Below are positions 1 to 13,275 of a DNA stretch of 64,000 nucleotides, one piece after another (the stretch's first letter is position 1; every line of letters starts with the position of its first letter). The notes below the pieces were generated by a model that was not told where the DNA came from, did not search any database, and was given only the letters and a program-made list of their open reading frames with translations. This DNA comes from Botryllus schlosseri (Eukaryota). Both the position numbers and the translations under genes were made by a program. The DNA lies in assembly GCA_051294905.1 (NCBI GenBank), contig CM119372.1, positions 1,364,001 to 1,428,000 on the forward strand. The letters run 5' to 3'.

Positions 1-1296
1 ACATTTAACTACACATCTAATACTTTACTATAGTACAGGGGTGGGCAGAGCTATTTTATGCGCGAGTCGCATATCAAAAATCTTATCCTTGAAAGAACCA
101 CAGCACAAAAAATCCATGATAAGCGCGCGTAATTAATTTTACCTTATCGTTGGATGAACATTCTTGGTAAAGACATAGATGTCCCCAGGAATCAAGCTAA
201 CTTCGCTTCTATTCTTTTACATTGTTTGCAAAGCACGCTCGAATTCTAATCTAGTTCTGTTCAACCTGTTTCAGTTACGCACGCTTTTCAGATACACTGC
301 GAGCTTCGTGGATTTTGATCTCTAGGCGTTGATCTGTAGTGAGTTTCTTATCATTGTGAAATTAGCAATTATCTCGTGATGTTAATGAAAATAATCAGCT
401 TACGTTGTTATATGCACCAAACATGATTTAAATATGTTTAAAATATTCCATTTATCAAGTATTATTACTTTGGTTCTATAACTTTGGAATAATAATGATT
501 AATAATATTTCTTTCATTATTCATTGAAATCATTGTAGCTTATAACGGTGAACATCTTTTGTACAACAAGCTCCAAGTTTAATTAGAATTAGCGCTACAC
601 AAAATTCAAACACCTTGCCACCTCATGAAGGTGTATCCTATCAATACACAATAATAAACTTCATTCGATAGTCAACATTTCATTGTGACAACAGCTGTGC
701 TCTTCAGAGAATTAACTCAATACATTCTTGGTTAATGGATAGTGTCGCAGTACCTTACCGTATGCACTACAAAATGCTATCATTTTACACTAAATGAGAC
801 ACAAACTAAAGTAATAATATCAAAAATTGCCTGGTATTATGAATATCTTATGATTTTGCGTGAAATTAGCCATTTTCATGTGTTGTTATTGTTTCACTAC
901 CACTGATTATTTTAATAATATTGTTGTTTTCTGAATATCCTATTAATTATTTAGTTAATTTATCAATTATCTTGTGTTGTTAATGAAAATAATTAGCTTA
1001 CGCTGTTATAAGAACCAAAACATGATTTGAATCTTTTAAAATATTTCATTCTAACTTAGGAATAATAATTAATAATAATATTTTTCCAATATTCATTGAA
1101 ATCATTGTGGCTTGTAACGGTGAACATATTTTTTTTTAATAATATTGTTGCTTTGTGAATATCTATTTGATTTTTTCGTTTCCAAAGTTAGAACCAAAGT
1201 AATAATATTTATTTAAATAATTTTTATTAATCATTAAAATCATGAAAATGTTTACAAGCGAGTGGTGATGACGCGATAAATTAGCGGGCGGGCGGT

Positions 1297-1871
1297 AACG
1301 TAAATATTTCTCAGTGTTATTGGACTGGAACTAGACGCAATCATGACGTAATCATATCTCAGCATTACTGAAACTAAGCAAAGCCGCTCTAGTAATAACT
1401 AAAGTAATCAACTACGCTTGTGACGTAATCATGAATATGGTGCAATACGCAATCATAACGAAGGTAATCAACTTACGCATCTCAGCGTTACTAAAGTAAT
1501 CAACTACGCATATGACGTAATCATGAACATGCTTCAACTACACAATCATATTAACGTAAATATTTCTCAGTGTTATTGGACTGGAACTAGACGCAATCAT
1601 GACGTAATCATATCTCAGCATTACTGGAACTAAGCAAAGCCGCTCTAGTAATAACTAAAGTAATCAACTACGCTTGTGACGTAATCATGAATATGGTGCA
1701 ATACGCAATCATAATGAAGGTAATCAACTTACGCCATGACGTAATAAATATCTCAGCGTTACTGGACTGGAACTATACACGTAATCATGAACATGCTGCA
1801 ATACGCAATCATAGGTTATCAACTTACTCAATGACGTAATAAATATCTCAGCGTTACTGGACTGGAACTAT
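1297..1871. repeat. Complex tandem repeat (256-bp period) built from TGACGTAAT / TACGCAATC subunits
   Basis: 1297-1479 recurs almost exactly at 1553-1735, with shuffled subunits around it and seven TGACGTAA octamers. Confidence 0.85.
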
Positions 1872-2794
1872 GCCATCTCTCACACAACCAAAACCTCTCT
1901 CGTATTGGAACCACACCCACATCGTTCTGCGTTCTAATTGGCTAACAGATGTCACGTGATCAAATACTCAACGGTGATTGGGGCGCGTATAAACCCTGTG
2001 TATAATACTACTATCATGATGTTCAATTGTTCACACAAAGCAAAAACAAGATAATGATGTATTATACTGTAAATAGGCGTTACTTCTGCTGCAATTGCAT
2101 GGGTGTGTGTCTTGCACTCTTGACCTCCAGCGAACCAGCGACAAGATAAAGGCTATCTTTTTGGATTGTAATACTATATCAGTGATAGGCTACTTAACCG
2201 GGGTTACCTGAGTCAGGCCCGTATTAAAAAAACCTGACTCAGTGCTCAAACTCATTTTGCGTCAACATTGCGTAAGAATCGGTATTCAGAAAGCGAAGAG
2301 AGAGAACGAGTTTGAGTTCAACTAGAGTCGAACTTGGCGCTCTTTCGAGTTGTGCTTTTGTGGTTATGGTATTCAATGACGATCTGAGGTTGGAGTCGCT
2401 CTCGAAATGCGGCGTTTGAGCAAGCGTTTTCCGAGTCATGCCGTGGGCACTGGCCAGACTCAAGGCCTTACTCATTCTCTCTTTTACGGTTTGGCCGTGA
2501 ATATATTGTGGAAATTGCGCTGTGAGCATGTTTGGTGCCTGAATTCACAATTTCAATTAGAATTAAGATTAGGTTTGCCATACGTCTGGCATTTCACCAT
2601 TGAAACTGCGTCCGGGAGGAATTTCTAAAATATGCGTAAATGTCCGGAATTTTGAAGACTTGAAGTAAGCTCATAATTTTTTCGTAAATCAACCTAAACA
2701 ATTTATTTTTGGGCCAATTTATGCTACATGAAATGTTTCTTCGCGCTGCGCGCGATTTAGGAACACAAATTTTGGTTTTGATAAGTCATCAGTA

Positions 2795-3115
2795 ATCAAT
2801 CAATCGATCAGGTTTATTGATATTTTCATCGTTTCAAAAACATCACAAGAGGGCGATACAATGAAAAGATAGGAAGGTGTCGAAACAACTTGGAGTAGCC
2901 TTTAAGATCAGACAGCCTAGGCGAAGTAAATAAGAGGCATGCACATTGCACATTGCACACTGAATGAAAAGTAACGCAGAGAATATAAGACGCAAGCGAC
3001 AAAATGAGATGGTATGTGGCGGAGGGCGAGGTCGGTGTTAGGTCGTGGTCCGGAAATCCTGAAGACTGGCTAGTAATCCAATAAAAGCAGTTTGTGCTTA
3101 TGCCTGAAGACTTCA
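2795..3115 (-). mobile_element. LINE 3' tail fragment related to the element at 10091
   Basis: Shares GCGATACAATGAAAAGA..GGAAG.TGTCGAA..GCCTAGGCGA and GTCGTGGTCCGG with 10150-10350. Shorter copies lie near 6000-6125, 8320-8470, 42150-42345, 48570-48775, 52530-52750 and 54965-55040. Confidence 0.7.
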
Positions 3116-3955
3116 GGATGATACATCCAGCGTATAATTCAAATCTGTCTTGACGTAATTGAAGGCAATACTATGCAGCCAACATCACATCCAAACCCGC
3201 GGATTGCCAGATCGCGAGCATAATTAACAAAACCGCATGGGCCTACGTCTGCAAGCAGTCATCTAATCTATCGAGTGAAGACTCGAAACCGAGCAACGCT
3301 CGAAATCCCAACAGAATCCCAAACGCTCTCTCGAATCGAGCTGGTCATCATTATGACTGAAGGCAATTAGGCGCGACAAGTAGTCGGATGGTGAATTTTG
3401 TGATGGTGCCTCATCGTTTGTAGTCACATCCGCGGGGGAGACGGGGGTTAGGAACCGCAACCCCGTCCTCCTGGTAGGCTACTAAGCCACTTTCCAAGCA
3501 CAGTCTCCCATTTCAAATTGGTCTCTGAAAAGGAATGGCAATGAGTAGGCCTATTCATTATAACTGTCTTCGCCTTGCGCGAAAATCATAAATTAATGGT
3601 CTTGTTCTTCTAACACTCAAATGATGCACTGATCATTTTGTGCACCTGGATTTCCTACGCAGTTAGATGTGCAAAGTAGTAATATTTGTTGCTATGACCC
3701 CGAAGGCCAGCAGACTAGAATGTAGACCAGGCACGGGCAACATACGGCCCGCGAGGGATTTTGTCCGGCTCGCGGACAGTTTTCCGTCTAACTTGATGTG
3801 GCTCGCGGCCACGGTTTGCCGAGATACCCGACTACCAGCCCAAACGTTAAATTTTAGTGACTATATATTATTATATACGTGTGTGCGTCGCGTGCGAGAG
3901 TGTAGCTTACGCGTAAGTTCGTCGAAGCGAGAAGACTTGCATTATCAGTATTTAC

Positions 3956-4900
3956 TAGGGATGGTGTGAACGTGAGGTTCACGTTCGCGTTCTGTGTGTG
4001 AACCTCGGAACATTTGAGGTTCGCGTTCACAACAGAACCTTGGTAGGTTCTGCACTGTGAACCTTTTTCATATATTGCAATTTTCACTTCATTATAACAT
4101 CTTTGGTTCAAAGTTATTGACTTTCAACGGCGGGCCACTCTATGCATGGAGCTGGCAGCATAAACATTCAACACTAAACGAGCATGCCCTTGACAATCTC
4201 AAAAAATTTACTTGTACTGTTACAAAAGTTTGCTCGAAATATCCAGCTTTCCGTTTGTGCATATTTAGTGTCTCTGTGCTGTGAGCTTAACCCGCAATCG
4301 CATGACATCAAGAGCGAAATACACTGTATTTTGGGAGCGAGTGATCCTTATTCAACCAATCAATGAGATTGATATAGTCTTCTGATGTAAAAATCTAGCT
4401 GGCGTACGGGGTCAATCTTGACTACATATGTATACTGTATCATAAAAACCAAATCCGTGCGACTAGGGTGTTGGCTATACTGCTGTATAACTTGTTAATG
4501 GCGTAATATCGGTAGTAAGTATAGAAACCCATCCATGTGGCAATACTCAGACTCCGAATACATTGTCCGATCAGGTCGAAATTGTTGGCAAAGCGACGCA
4601 AGATACTGATTTTACGGGATTATTATATCATTTGATTGCCTCAGTTGATACATTTGGCGACGTTTAAAACGTCAATATGTACTTAAGTACTGAGCTATTA
4701 TGTGGCCCCGAGTCGTCGCTCGGTATCGTGTATACAGTAGATTAAAATAGGCAATCACCTAATTGAAATATGGGGTTGAAATTAGCAATATGGCGTCACG
4801 TGACGTCATGAGATTCACGTTCGTGTTCACACGAACCTAAACCTTTCAGAGGTTCACGATCACACGAACCTGAACCTTTCAGAGGTTCACACCATCCCTA
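3956..4900. mobile_element. hAT-like MITE nested in an older MITE (about 3728-5225)
   Basis: TIR TAGGGATGGTGTGAAC/GTTCACACCATCCCTA, perfect TSD GTATTTAC (3948-55, 4901-08), subterminal GGTTCAC/GAACC repeats. Confidence 0.85.
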
Positions 4901-5292
4901 GTATTTACCTCGCACTCGACCCTAATGAATTAGATACCTTGGTAAATGTGGGGTACCCGGCTAATCAAAAGCCTTGAAATCTTAATTAAGGTTTGCACCG
5001 TGTGTTAATTGATCAGACAGAAGCATGACGGCGCCTGCATGACAAGGCTGTTCTCAAATCCACATTGCCTTCGTCATTATCGGCGAGAAATGGTTTCGAA
5101 GTGACATTACTGTCGAATTACATTCATTAAACACGATTTATTCCTTGAATATGTGGATAAATGGCGAATAATATACTTTATTTTCCTATATCCGGCTCGC
5201 AGACTGGGGAGGTTGCCCGCCCAGGGTAGTAAACCACTGCAATACCTCACTCGTATTTCACCAGACACACCGCTCAATTCGATACATTTTAT

Positions 5293-8200
5293 TCACACAG
5301 CTTGAAACAGACTGCTGTTCTCCTGCACCCATCTCTTGAGAGACTGCGCCGGCACGTTCTCCAATCCAAAGCCGACCAAAACCGAGGTCACAAACGCCAC
5401 GGTCAAACTCGACAACGCGCCCTTTTCAACACATTTCCCGATGTACTTCAGCGCCGCGGCCTTCTGATTCGACGCCGGGCTTAATACTGTATCGCAACTG
5501 TACAAAATCAAGTCCGAGACCGCGTCTTCAATAGGCGAAGCACCGTAAAGTCCAAGCAGGCGGCCGAAGAAGCGGTAAAGATTTGTCTCGCCGCTGACGG
5601 CGGTTCGCAGACACGGGTCTACATGCAGGGAGGGCAGGTTTCCGGCTGAAAAAAATTCGCGTTTCATTCGCTTCCCTTCATACGTCATAGTTGGACAAGC
5701 ATATAATTATAGTGGTGCAATAAGCAGAGGTGGTCAAAGTAGTCACCGTCGCTACTCAAGTAGAAGTAGAAGTAACGCCGGAATTTCTACTCAAGTAGAA
5801 GTAAGAGTGGTGGTTCACAAGTAAGTAAGTAGGTATTTTACGCTTATTTTTGCCTACAAAACTGAAAACTGTCAAGTAGAAGTAGAAGTAGTCTAAAATC
5901 ATAACTACTTGAAAAGTAGTGTGAGTAGGCAAAATCTACTTCAAGTACTTCAAAAAGTAGAAGTACTTCGTTTCTGACCACCTCTGGTAATAAGAGAGAA
6001 AAGCCTGCGTGGGTGACCGATTTCAAAGACTGCTCCAAGTCGTTTTGACACCTTCCTATCATTTTATTCTAACGAAGTCTTCTGGTGTTTAAAAGTGATG
6101 AAATTATTAATAAACTGATAATGATGCCGGTGATTCTAGTCTCATTTGTGAAATGTTCAGAGGTGGTCAGTAACGAAGTACTTATACTTTTTGAAGTACT
6201 TGAAGTAGATTTTGCCTACTCACACTACTTTTGAAAAAAACGACTCAAGTCGAGTCACCGAAAAATCGCGACTCGTGTCCGACTCTAGTCGAGTCATGAC
6301 CCGAGTCATTACAACATTGGGCAAAACTAGGTGTGTAATACTTACTTTACTACATGCTTGTGAATCGACATTTCTACTTCCACTTGAGTACTGACGATGA
6401 CTACTTCTGACCAACTCTGGAAAATTATCAACGGTCTCATTTTAATTCTGGTTCAATTTCTGCGTTTCTCGAAAATGGTACAGGAGAACTGTGTAGTGCA
6501 AAACGAGCCAGATTTGCTGTACATGCGAGAATTAAACTGAACTCTAATTTTTTGTTTCTTTCTAATTTGGGTTAATGTAATTCTAGTGCTAATTTAATTT
6601 GACAGAAACAAATATGTACATTTTATGCGGACCATAAAGAATATAACACCCTTTATACAGCACATAAAAATAATTTGATATTTCTCGATTGTGCCTATTT
6701 CATTGCACTTTTGACAATAGGACGCTCAGTCGATCACGGCTTCACAGAAATATCAGTTCCACTAACGTACACAGATTTGCACTATGATTCGTGCTGCGAC
6801 AACGCGGCCAATCGAGATTTCAAGGCTTCAACATTGGAAACTACTATCAAAACTATAATTTTTGTTGATAAATTTACCAATATGGGCAAGAATCGCATCA
6901 TTTCAGTACTCGAACAAATCATCTTTCACTACGCGACTCGAATCATTAGAATTAACACTCTATTCAAATTACAGTACTAAAATCAATGTGCCCGTCCCTA
7001 CACTATCTGTGCCGACTGTGCGTAATTACAACCTGTCGTCCATATGATGGTAACGATGAGCCGGAAAGGGTGACGGTCTTCGTGCGATACTTGTCGCGTT
7101 AAGGAATTGGAAAGCGGCGACTTCACAGACGAGTGAGTGTGAAACTTCCACCATGTAGAGACCTACAATGAAAATAATGCGCTTATTGTTATTCATCCAG
7201 CCCGTAGCAGATTCGTACAAACTAATGAATTCTCAAAATACGCTTTAGAACTAGATTACTCACTTTTCAAAACTCACAACTAGAACTACGCAAAAAAGCA
7301 GTCAATAAACTAGATTGATAGCTTGCACAAGTGTCTGAATAGTATCTAGAACTAATGACCTTTAAAAATGCACAACTAACTAAAACAAAACTAATCATAT
7401 TTAATTCTGAAACAACTCATTAACTTTTATATAATTGGAATCAGATCTGTTTTCAAAATCAGTCAGTAAATCAGTGTAAGTCGGAAACGGGAGGGCTTTT
7501 GACCCAAAAACTCCATCCCCTGGCTACGACACTGTCAGTCAGTACATCAGTACAAGTTGGAGATGAGAGGGGTTTCGACCCCAAAAATCAACCCCTGGCT
7601 ACAAGAACATTAGGCTACACAACAGAACACCGTAATCATGATTCTCGCCAAACGATGGCATGCATTTTTTAGTAGTTTGGCAACTGATCTTTTTAGAATA
7701 TTTTTGAAACGCGCTACTAGAACTAGAACTACTGGTATTCGCTTTTCAAAATCCTCAACTAGAACTACCAACTTTTCAAAGTCCGCAACTGCAACTAGAA
7801 CTACTATATAATATATAATATATACTGCTACTATAGAGCTATATAGAACTACTCAAAAAAGCCGTAGTTATTTGACCGTCAACTAACTAGACCAGTTGCA
7901 CAAGTCTGAATAGCATCACAAGAGGATTTGTGTGATAAAAAGAGTCATGAGATCGAACTTGAAACTTGTTCAAATCTCACCTGTTTATCTTCCAGAAGCT
8001 TTTTCACATGGCCCAGCCAGCTTGGGGGCTGCGATGGATCAGCCCGAATCACAATATCCAAAGGAGTGTCTCTCTGAAAGCATAGGTTACACCAATGTTG
8101 ATTCAATAACATGACAGGCATGGAAAAAAGCATTTCCAAATATTATAATTAAACCTAACTTAAACGATCCAGAATCTTGTTCATCCTGACGAGCAGAAGA

Positions 8201-9940
8201 GCAAGCATAAGAGTCCTAAAAGCAATAGACCAATTCATCAATTTAAGTAAACATACCACTATAGCTATATACCGGTATGTATAGGCTGGCGGTACATAAT
8301 GTATAGCGGTTGTAGACTCAATCAATCAGGTTTACTAATATTTTCGTTTCAAAACACCACAAAACTGCGATACAATGAAAAGATAGGAAGGTGTCGAAAC
8401 AACTTAGAGTAGGTACGGTAGCCTTTAAGATCAGACACCAACCTTAGCCTAGGCGAAGTAAAGAAGAGGCACGCCTGTTAAAATTTAGGTCATTTCCGCA
8501 GAAGCATATTAGTAATAGGCAATTTTTTCATGTTCTGTACCACGATTTTGCTATCAAGAGGTGGGGTTAAACGTCAAGTTACATCGAAAGTTCTTACGTT
8601 GAGCAACTGCTGGATGCAGGACTCGTCAAGAGAAGATTGTTGAGACTCTCCGAGTCTAGACGAAGCGTCTATGATCAAAGAATCTAGTTTCTTTAGCAAA
8701 TTCTCTTGCCTCTCCTCAAGTGATGCTTCGCTGCTCACCTAAAAGTGAATAAGCACTTGAAAGCTTACTACACAGTGTCATCGGGTGTGCTACCTATGCT
8801 CTATGCATGCTGCATCGTACCTTATTGTTACTGTTATTTGCGTTAGGATCGGGGTACAAACGGTTGCTGTGATACATAACGTCTGAAAGCATGACATGGC
8901 CTTCCAAGTCGTAATGCCTGTTAACTTCGTACATCGTCCCAATAGCAGCCATCATAAAAATGCTTTTAGTAGGCTTAGCATATTTTGGAAATGTAATAAG
9001 AGGACACTTTTTCAGAAATTTGCAACTTGCAAAACCCTTGAATTTTTCCCACTTCGTGATTGGTTGACTAAAAAAAAAAAGGTCATCACCTCCGCTCAGA
9101 GCTCAAAATAACGTTTTTCACTCCACATTGCCAGGTGGATGACTAAAAAAAAAAAAGGTCTTCTTTTCGCTCAGAGCTAAAATCACCGCTTTTCCCTCCG
9201 AAATACCCGCCGGAGCTTCACTTCTGCGCTAATTTGCGGCATATCACTCGGAATTTCCTCTAAATCTGACCTTAATTTTCAAAAAAGAGGACAAAATCTC
9301 AAAAATGAGGACAAAAGGGCGTCCTCCGAGGACACTTTCAAAAAAGTCAAAAAAGAGGACAAATCGTATGGTAAGCCTAGCTTTTAGCAAATATATCGCT
9401 TCACCCTGTCGCCGATTTTTTAAAATAAAATCACAGTGGTTGTTGTCGAGGGGTGTCTCTATTTTAGCAGTCACCAATGTCATCATCATCATCATATTTG
9501 TCAACATTTTCATCAAATCAAATAACCACAAGGTTTTTATCTACATGTCGCTAGATGTTCCGACAAATTACCCGACATAAGGTTACGCATTCGTGCGTCA
9601 CAGACGACGCAAATTTGTCGAGAAATCTGTCGGGCAAAATTGTGTCGCGAGGTTACTCGATAAAACAGCAGGGGAAATCGCGTATATCGGGTAACGGAAA
9701 TGTTCGTCCTGAGATTTTAGTTTGGTTTAGGTACTTCCATGGCTGTATAATTGATTTTAAGTCAGTTTTATAACATTATAAGTGACTTTTAGCACCTGTG
9801 GATATAATTATATCATAGCCTTTATAAAGGCTATGATTATATCGTCGAATGGCAATATGTCTAAAGTACCGTACGAAACGAACCTGATATGGAAGAGTCA
9901 ATTTAGCTTCCGATACAAAACATCCCGCTTTGCCAAACAT
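5293..9940 (-). CDS. AIMP2: Aminoacyl-tRNA synthetase complex-interacting multifunctional protein 2 (p38/JTV1)
   Basis: Minus-strand exons: 8738-8598 (VSSEASLEERQENLLKKLDSL), 8073-7981 (RDTPLDIVIRADPSQPP), 7162-7033 (KFHTHSSVKS..LIVTIIW) and 5645-5293 (GETNLYRFFGRLLG..KAAALK..LTVA..KRWV, stop). All are GT-AG and phase-consistent, and they match recalled human AIMP2 motifs (LESRQDDILKRL, DIVINANPASPP, VHTHSSVKS, GEGNIARFL). The first exon 9940-9884 (MFGKAGCFVSEAKLTLPYQ) is tentative. Confidence 0.88.
5725..5986. mobile_element. hAT-like MITE, AGTAGAAGT-rich family
   Basis: TIR CAGAGGTGGTCA/TGACCACCTCTG and TSD GCAATAAG/GTAATAAG. Relatives at about 6158-6419, 47000-47590, 54425-55751 and 55778-56197. 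Confidence 0.8.
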
Positions 9941-10090
9941 ATTATAATTTAGGCTGTAAAAATCTTTGTTGTAGCATATTTGTGAACTTCAAGTGTTCAC
10001 TAAGGTTATTCACGTTGAGAACCGGTCCTATTCGGATATACATGGCACATCAATAGGCTGCCTAAAGTTTTACAGTTCCAAACGACTCCT

Positions 10091-10835
10091 TCATCATCAT
10101 CATCATTGGTTTATTAGCAATTTTATCAGTTCAATACACCACAAAAAATGCGATACAATGAAAAGACAGGAAGATGTCGAAGCGACAAGGAGCAGTCTAT
10201 GGAATCTGACACCCACCTTGGCCTAGGCGATGTAAAGAGGAGGCATGCACACTGAATGAAAGTAAAGAAGATAGTATAGAAAAAGAATGCGACAAGAAAT
10301 AGGGCGGCATGTCATGGGAAGCGAGATCGATAGGTCAGTCGTGGTCCGGTAATCTTGAGGATGGACTGTATTTATTTAGTAGTAATTGTTTGTATTTCGA
10401 CTTGAATGTGGACATGCTCGTCGACTGTCTGATGGCCGGCGGGATACTGTTCCACACATCAGGTCCGGCATATTTGATGGAGCGATGATCTTTTCGGTCG
10501 ATCATATGATATTTGGACGACGTGGACGCGCGTGTGTTGTACTTGTGCGCTTTTGATTCAGAGGTAAAGAAGTCATTGAAATATTCGGGGCAACGACCGC
10601 AGTGAAACTGATACATAAACTTGGCGATTTCTAGTTTCCGCATATCTTCTATGTTTAGGACGCCAAATCTCTTCAGCAGCGACTTATTGGATGGGCAGCC
10701 AGGCCCTTTTGGAGCCCTAGCTATGATTCGGAGTACTTTATGCTGTAGTTTCTGCAGTGGCTTGAGTGCAGTTTTACTGGCAGCCCCCCAACAGAGGATG
10801 CCATAATGTAACTTCGATTGGATTAAGGATTTGCG
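10091..10835 (-). mobile_element. 5'-truncated non-LTR retrotransposon (CR1/L2-like), ORF2 C-terminus plus 3' UTR
   Basis: ORF 10865-10335 includes SLIQSKLHYGILCWG..LQKLQHKVLRII..HKYNTR..SIKYAGPDVWNSIP..FKSKYK, typical of the post-RT region of CR1/L2 LINEs. The 3' UTR ends in AATAAA followed by (TGA)n. It lies in or near the 5' part of AIMP2. Confidence 0.85.
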
Positions 10836-10984
10836 GTGATATGCGTTCTTATCTGCCTCTGACAACTATGCAATGGAAAACATCACATGGATGAATGGTA
10901 ATAAACTAATTATAAACTGTCGAATGTAATGCAATGTGTAGTTTCGTTGTGACATGTGAAACGGCGAATCTGTCGGGTAAGCTG

Positions 10985-12048
10985 CAGAGATGAGCGGATT
11001 TGAAATTTCTATGTCCTAATCCAATCCAAACCTTCAAATCCAAATCCTAATCCATAACTTTTTCATATTCAAGTCCATGTCTAATCCTACTGGAAATTCA
11101 GAAAAAATACTAATTTATGCAATGGTGGGATTCGAAAATTTTCTTTCACAACCAACGATTCACTTGATTCAAGATAACTTAGTAACCATAATTACATTAA
11201 TAACTGATCTGAAAAAAGTTTGTCGCCATTCGCCACACGACATTTCATCTCCCTAATTTTTCCTATCGTTCGTTGGATTATTTTAATTTTATTTTATTTT
11301 ATTTTATATTTTTTCATTAGTTATCGACTGTGAAAATTGCTCCTGTCCCGGGTGGCTCGGCTCTGAAGACTATGTCATATCGAGCCTCCCGTCTACCTTG
11401 CATGTCGCATTTCACTGTTACATTTTTTGTAGTGTTATGTTGATATGTAATGTATACGAATAAAGATTCTCTCTCTCTCTCTCTCTCTCTCTCCCTAACT
11501 AATCAACCTAACTAAGAGATCTATCGACTACTCGGGACCTATCATCTGGAATGCATTACCACCACATATCCGTGAATTGCCTTATAATAGATTCAAAAAA
11601 CCCCTACTTGATCACCTCTTGTCGTTACACTAACACTGTTGCCCTACCTCGCCCAGACATTGCTTCATTGATCATTTGCCACCATTGTTTAATTTTTTTT
11701 TCTATTTTCCTTTCACTAAACATTTCTTTACAGCCAGACTGTTCAGAGTCAAGTGTACCTGTTTGATGCTGGTGTGATCAGACTAGATGACCTTCACGGT
11801 CTTATCGATCATTCCTATCTAATACCGAATACTGTGCACGCATATTTTCTGTACCACCATCACTGCCGTTTATTATGTATTTTGGTTCGATGAAAATAAA
11901 GACTCTCTCTCTGTCTCCCAGAAAATCTGTAAATCCAATCCAAATCCTAATCCGTTCTGAAAAAAATGTCTAATCCAAATCCGACAAAATTTCACAAATC
12001 CTGTTTTTTCAAAACCTAACCCTAATCCATGCTCAATGCTCATCTCTG
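10985..12048. mobile_element. hAT-like MITE (AATCC-rich family) carrying two nested retroposon tails
   Basis: TIR CAGAGATGAG/CTCATCTCTG and perfect TSD GTAAGCTG. About 660 bp are inserted at 11254-11915 relative to the 14025 copy. Confidence 0.85.
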
Positions 12049-13275
12049 GTAAGCTGTCGCCATTCGGCGAGTCCCCCTACGTAATAATCATTGTCGGGTA
12101 AATATAATCGACATGTAGATAGCTGTAGATAGCTTTACATGATAGTAAAAAATTTCGCGTCCCCCTTATTGTTATATCACAAAATCCAACCGGGATGCTA
12201 GCAACCCCAACAGTTTGTTTGATAGTATGAAAGGTTATAACTGTTGATGAGAGAATTAAAAATATGAAATCCGGTGTAATAGAGAAACACGCGTGAATTG
12301 CAGGTAAAATTTTTGCAGGAACATTTTTTCAGTTTGCCGCTTCTTCGGGCCCCCTTCAGAGCTTTCACGCCCCCAGGTTGGGAACCACTGTGCTAGTTGA
12401 TTTCAGTTTAAAAGTATTGTCGTAGTTGTTGTTGTTCAAAATAAGCCATTCCTGTGCCCAACATCACAATTTCCCATTATAGCTGATACGACTTCGGCGA
12501 TGGTATAATAGCATATGTCTTTAGCTGGTGGAGGATGATGACTTCGAAAATGAAAGGAGCGTGATTATACATCGTTAAGTCATGTTCATATGTCACACAT
12601 ATAACATTATTTATCAACCTAATGCCGGTGCGTACTGCACCTCTGAGATATATAAACACCGCACATCCGGTGGTTTCCAACCTTCCAGGTTCGCGACTCC
12701 ATTTCCAATTTGAAAATGTTCCGTGGAGCAGCTTAAAATTTGATGAACTGATTACTAATTAAAGGTCGGCATATTCGCTCAGACTTACTCACACTCACGG
12801 CCTATTTCGGAAGCTGCGGATTACGTTCAACATCTTCGCGAATCCCAGAATAAAGGCAACCTTCCCCTAGGTTGAGAACCACTATCTTTGAATAAAGCAT
12901 CCAAACCGCCTAAACCGACCATATGAATATACGGTCATATTGTAATTGCGATTACAATTAGAGTAATTTTTGTAAATGAATGTTATTTTCATTTATTTTT
13001 GATCGCAGTTTTTGCGAGGGTGGTAGTCCCAACAATGAAACCAATATAAATGATAGTAAATCGCGCGCGGCGCGAAGAAAAATTTCATGTAGCATAAATC
13101 AGTCCAAAAATAATATTGTTTGTGTCGATGAACGAAAAAGTTATGATCAAGCTTATTACTTCAAGCCTTCAAAATTCCGGACATTTATAAGAATATTTTA
13201 TAAATTACCCCGGACGCAGTTTTAACAGAGAAATTCCGGACGTATATGGCAATTCTAGTGCCTGATGTCACAGTC

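Noticed and set aside
1297..1871. CRISPR-like array
   Set aside because: The sequences between repeats are themselves repeated, there are no unique spacers or cas genes, and the context is eukaryotic.
3434..3471. GC-rich hairpin as a Helitron 3' end or terminator
   Set aside because: No canonical CTRR/T junction or matching 5' end found; bacterial terminators are irrelevant here.
12799..12833. AIMP2 upstream exon MLNVIRSFRNRP (mitochondrial-presequence-like, in frame with the 9954 acceptor)
   Set aside because: It lies inside a hAT-like MITE (about 12668-12883) and has no homology support; probably chance.
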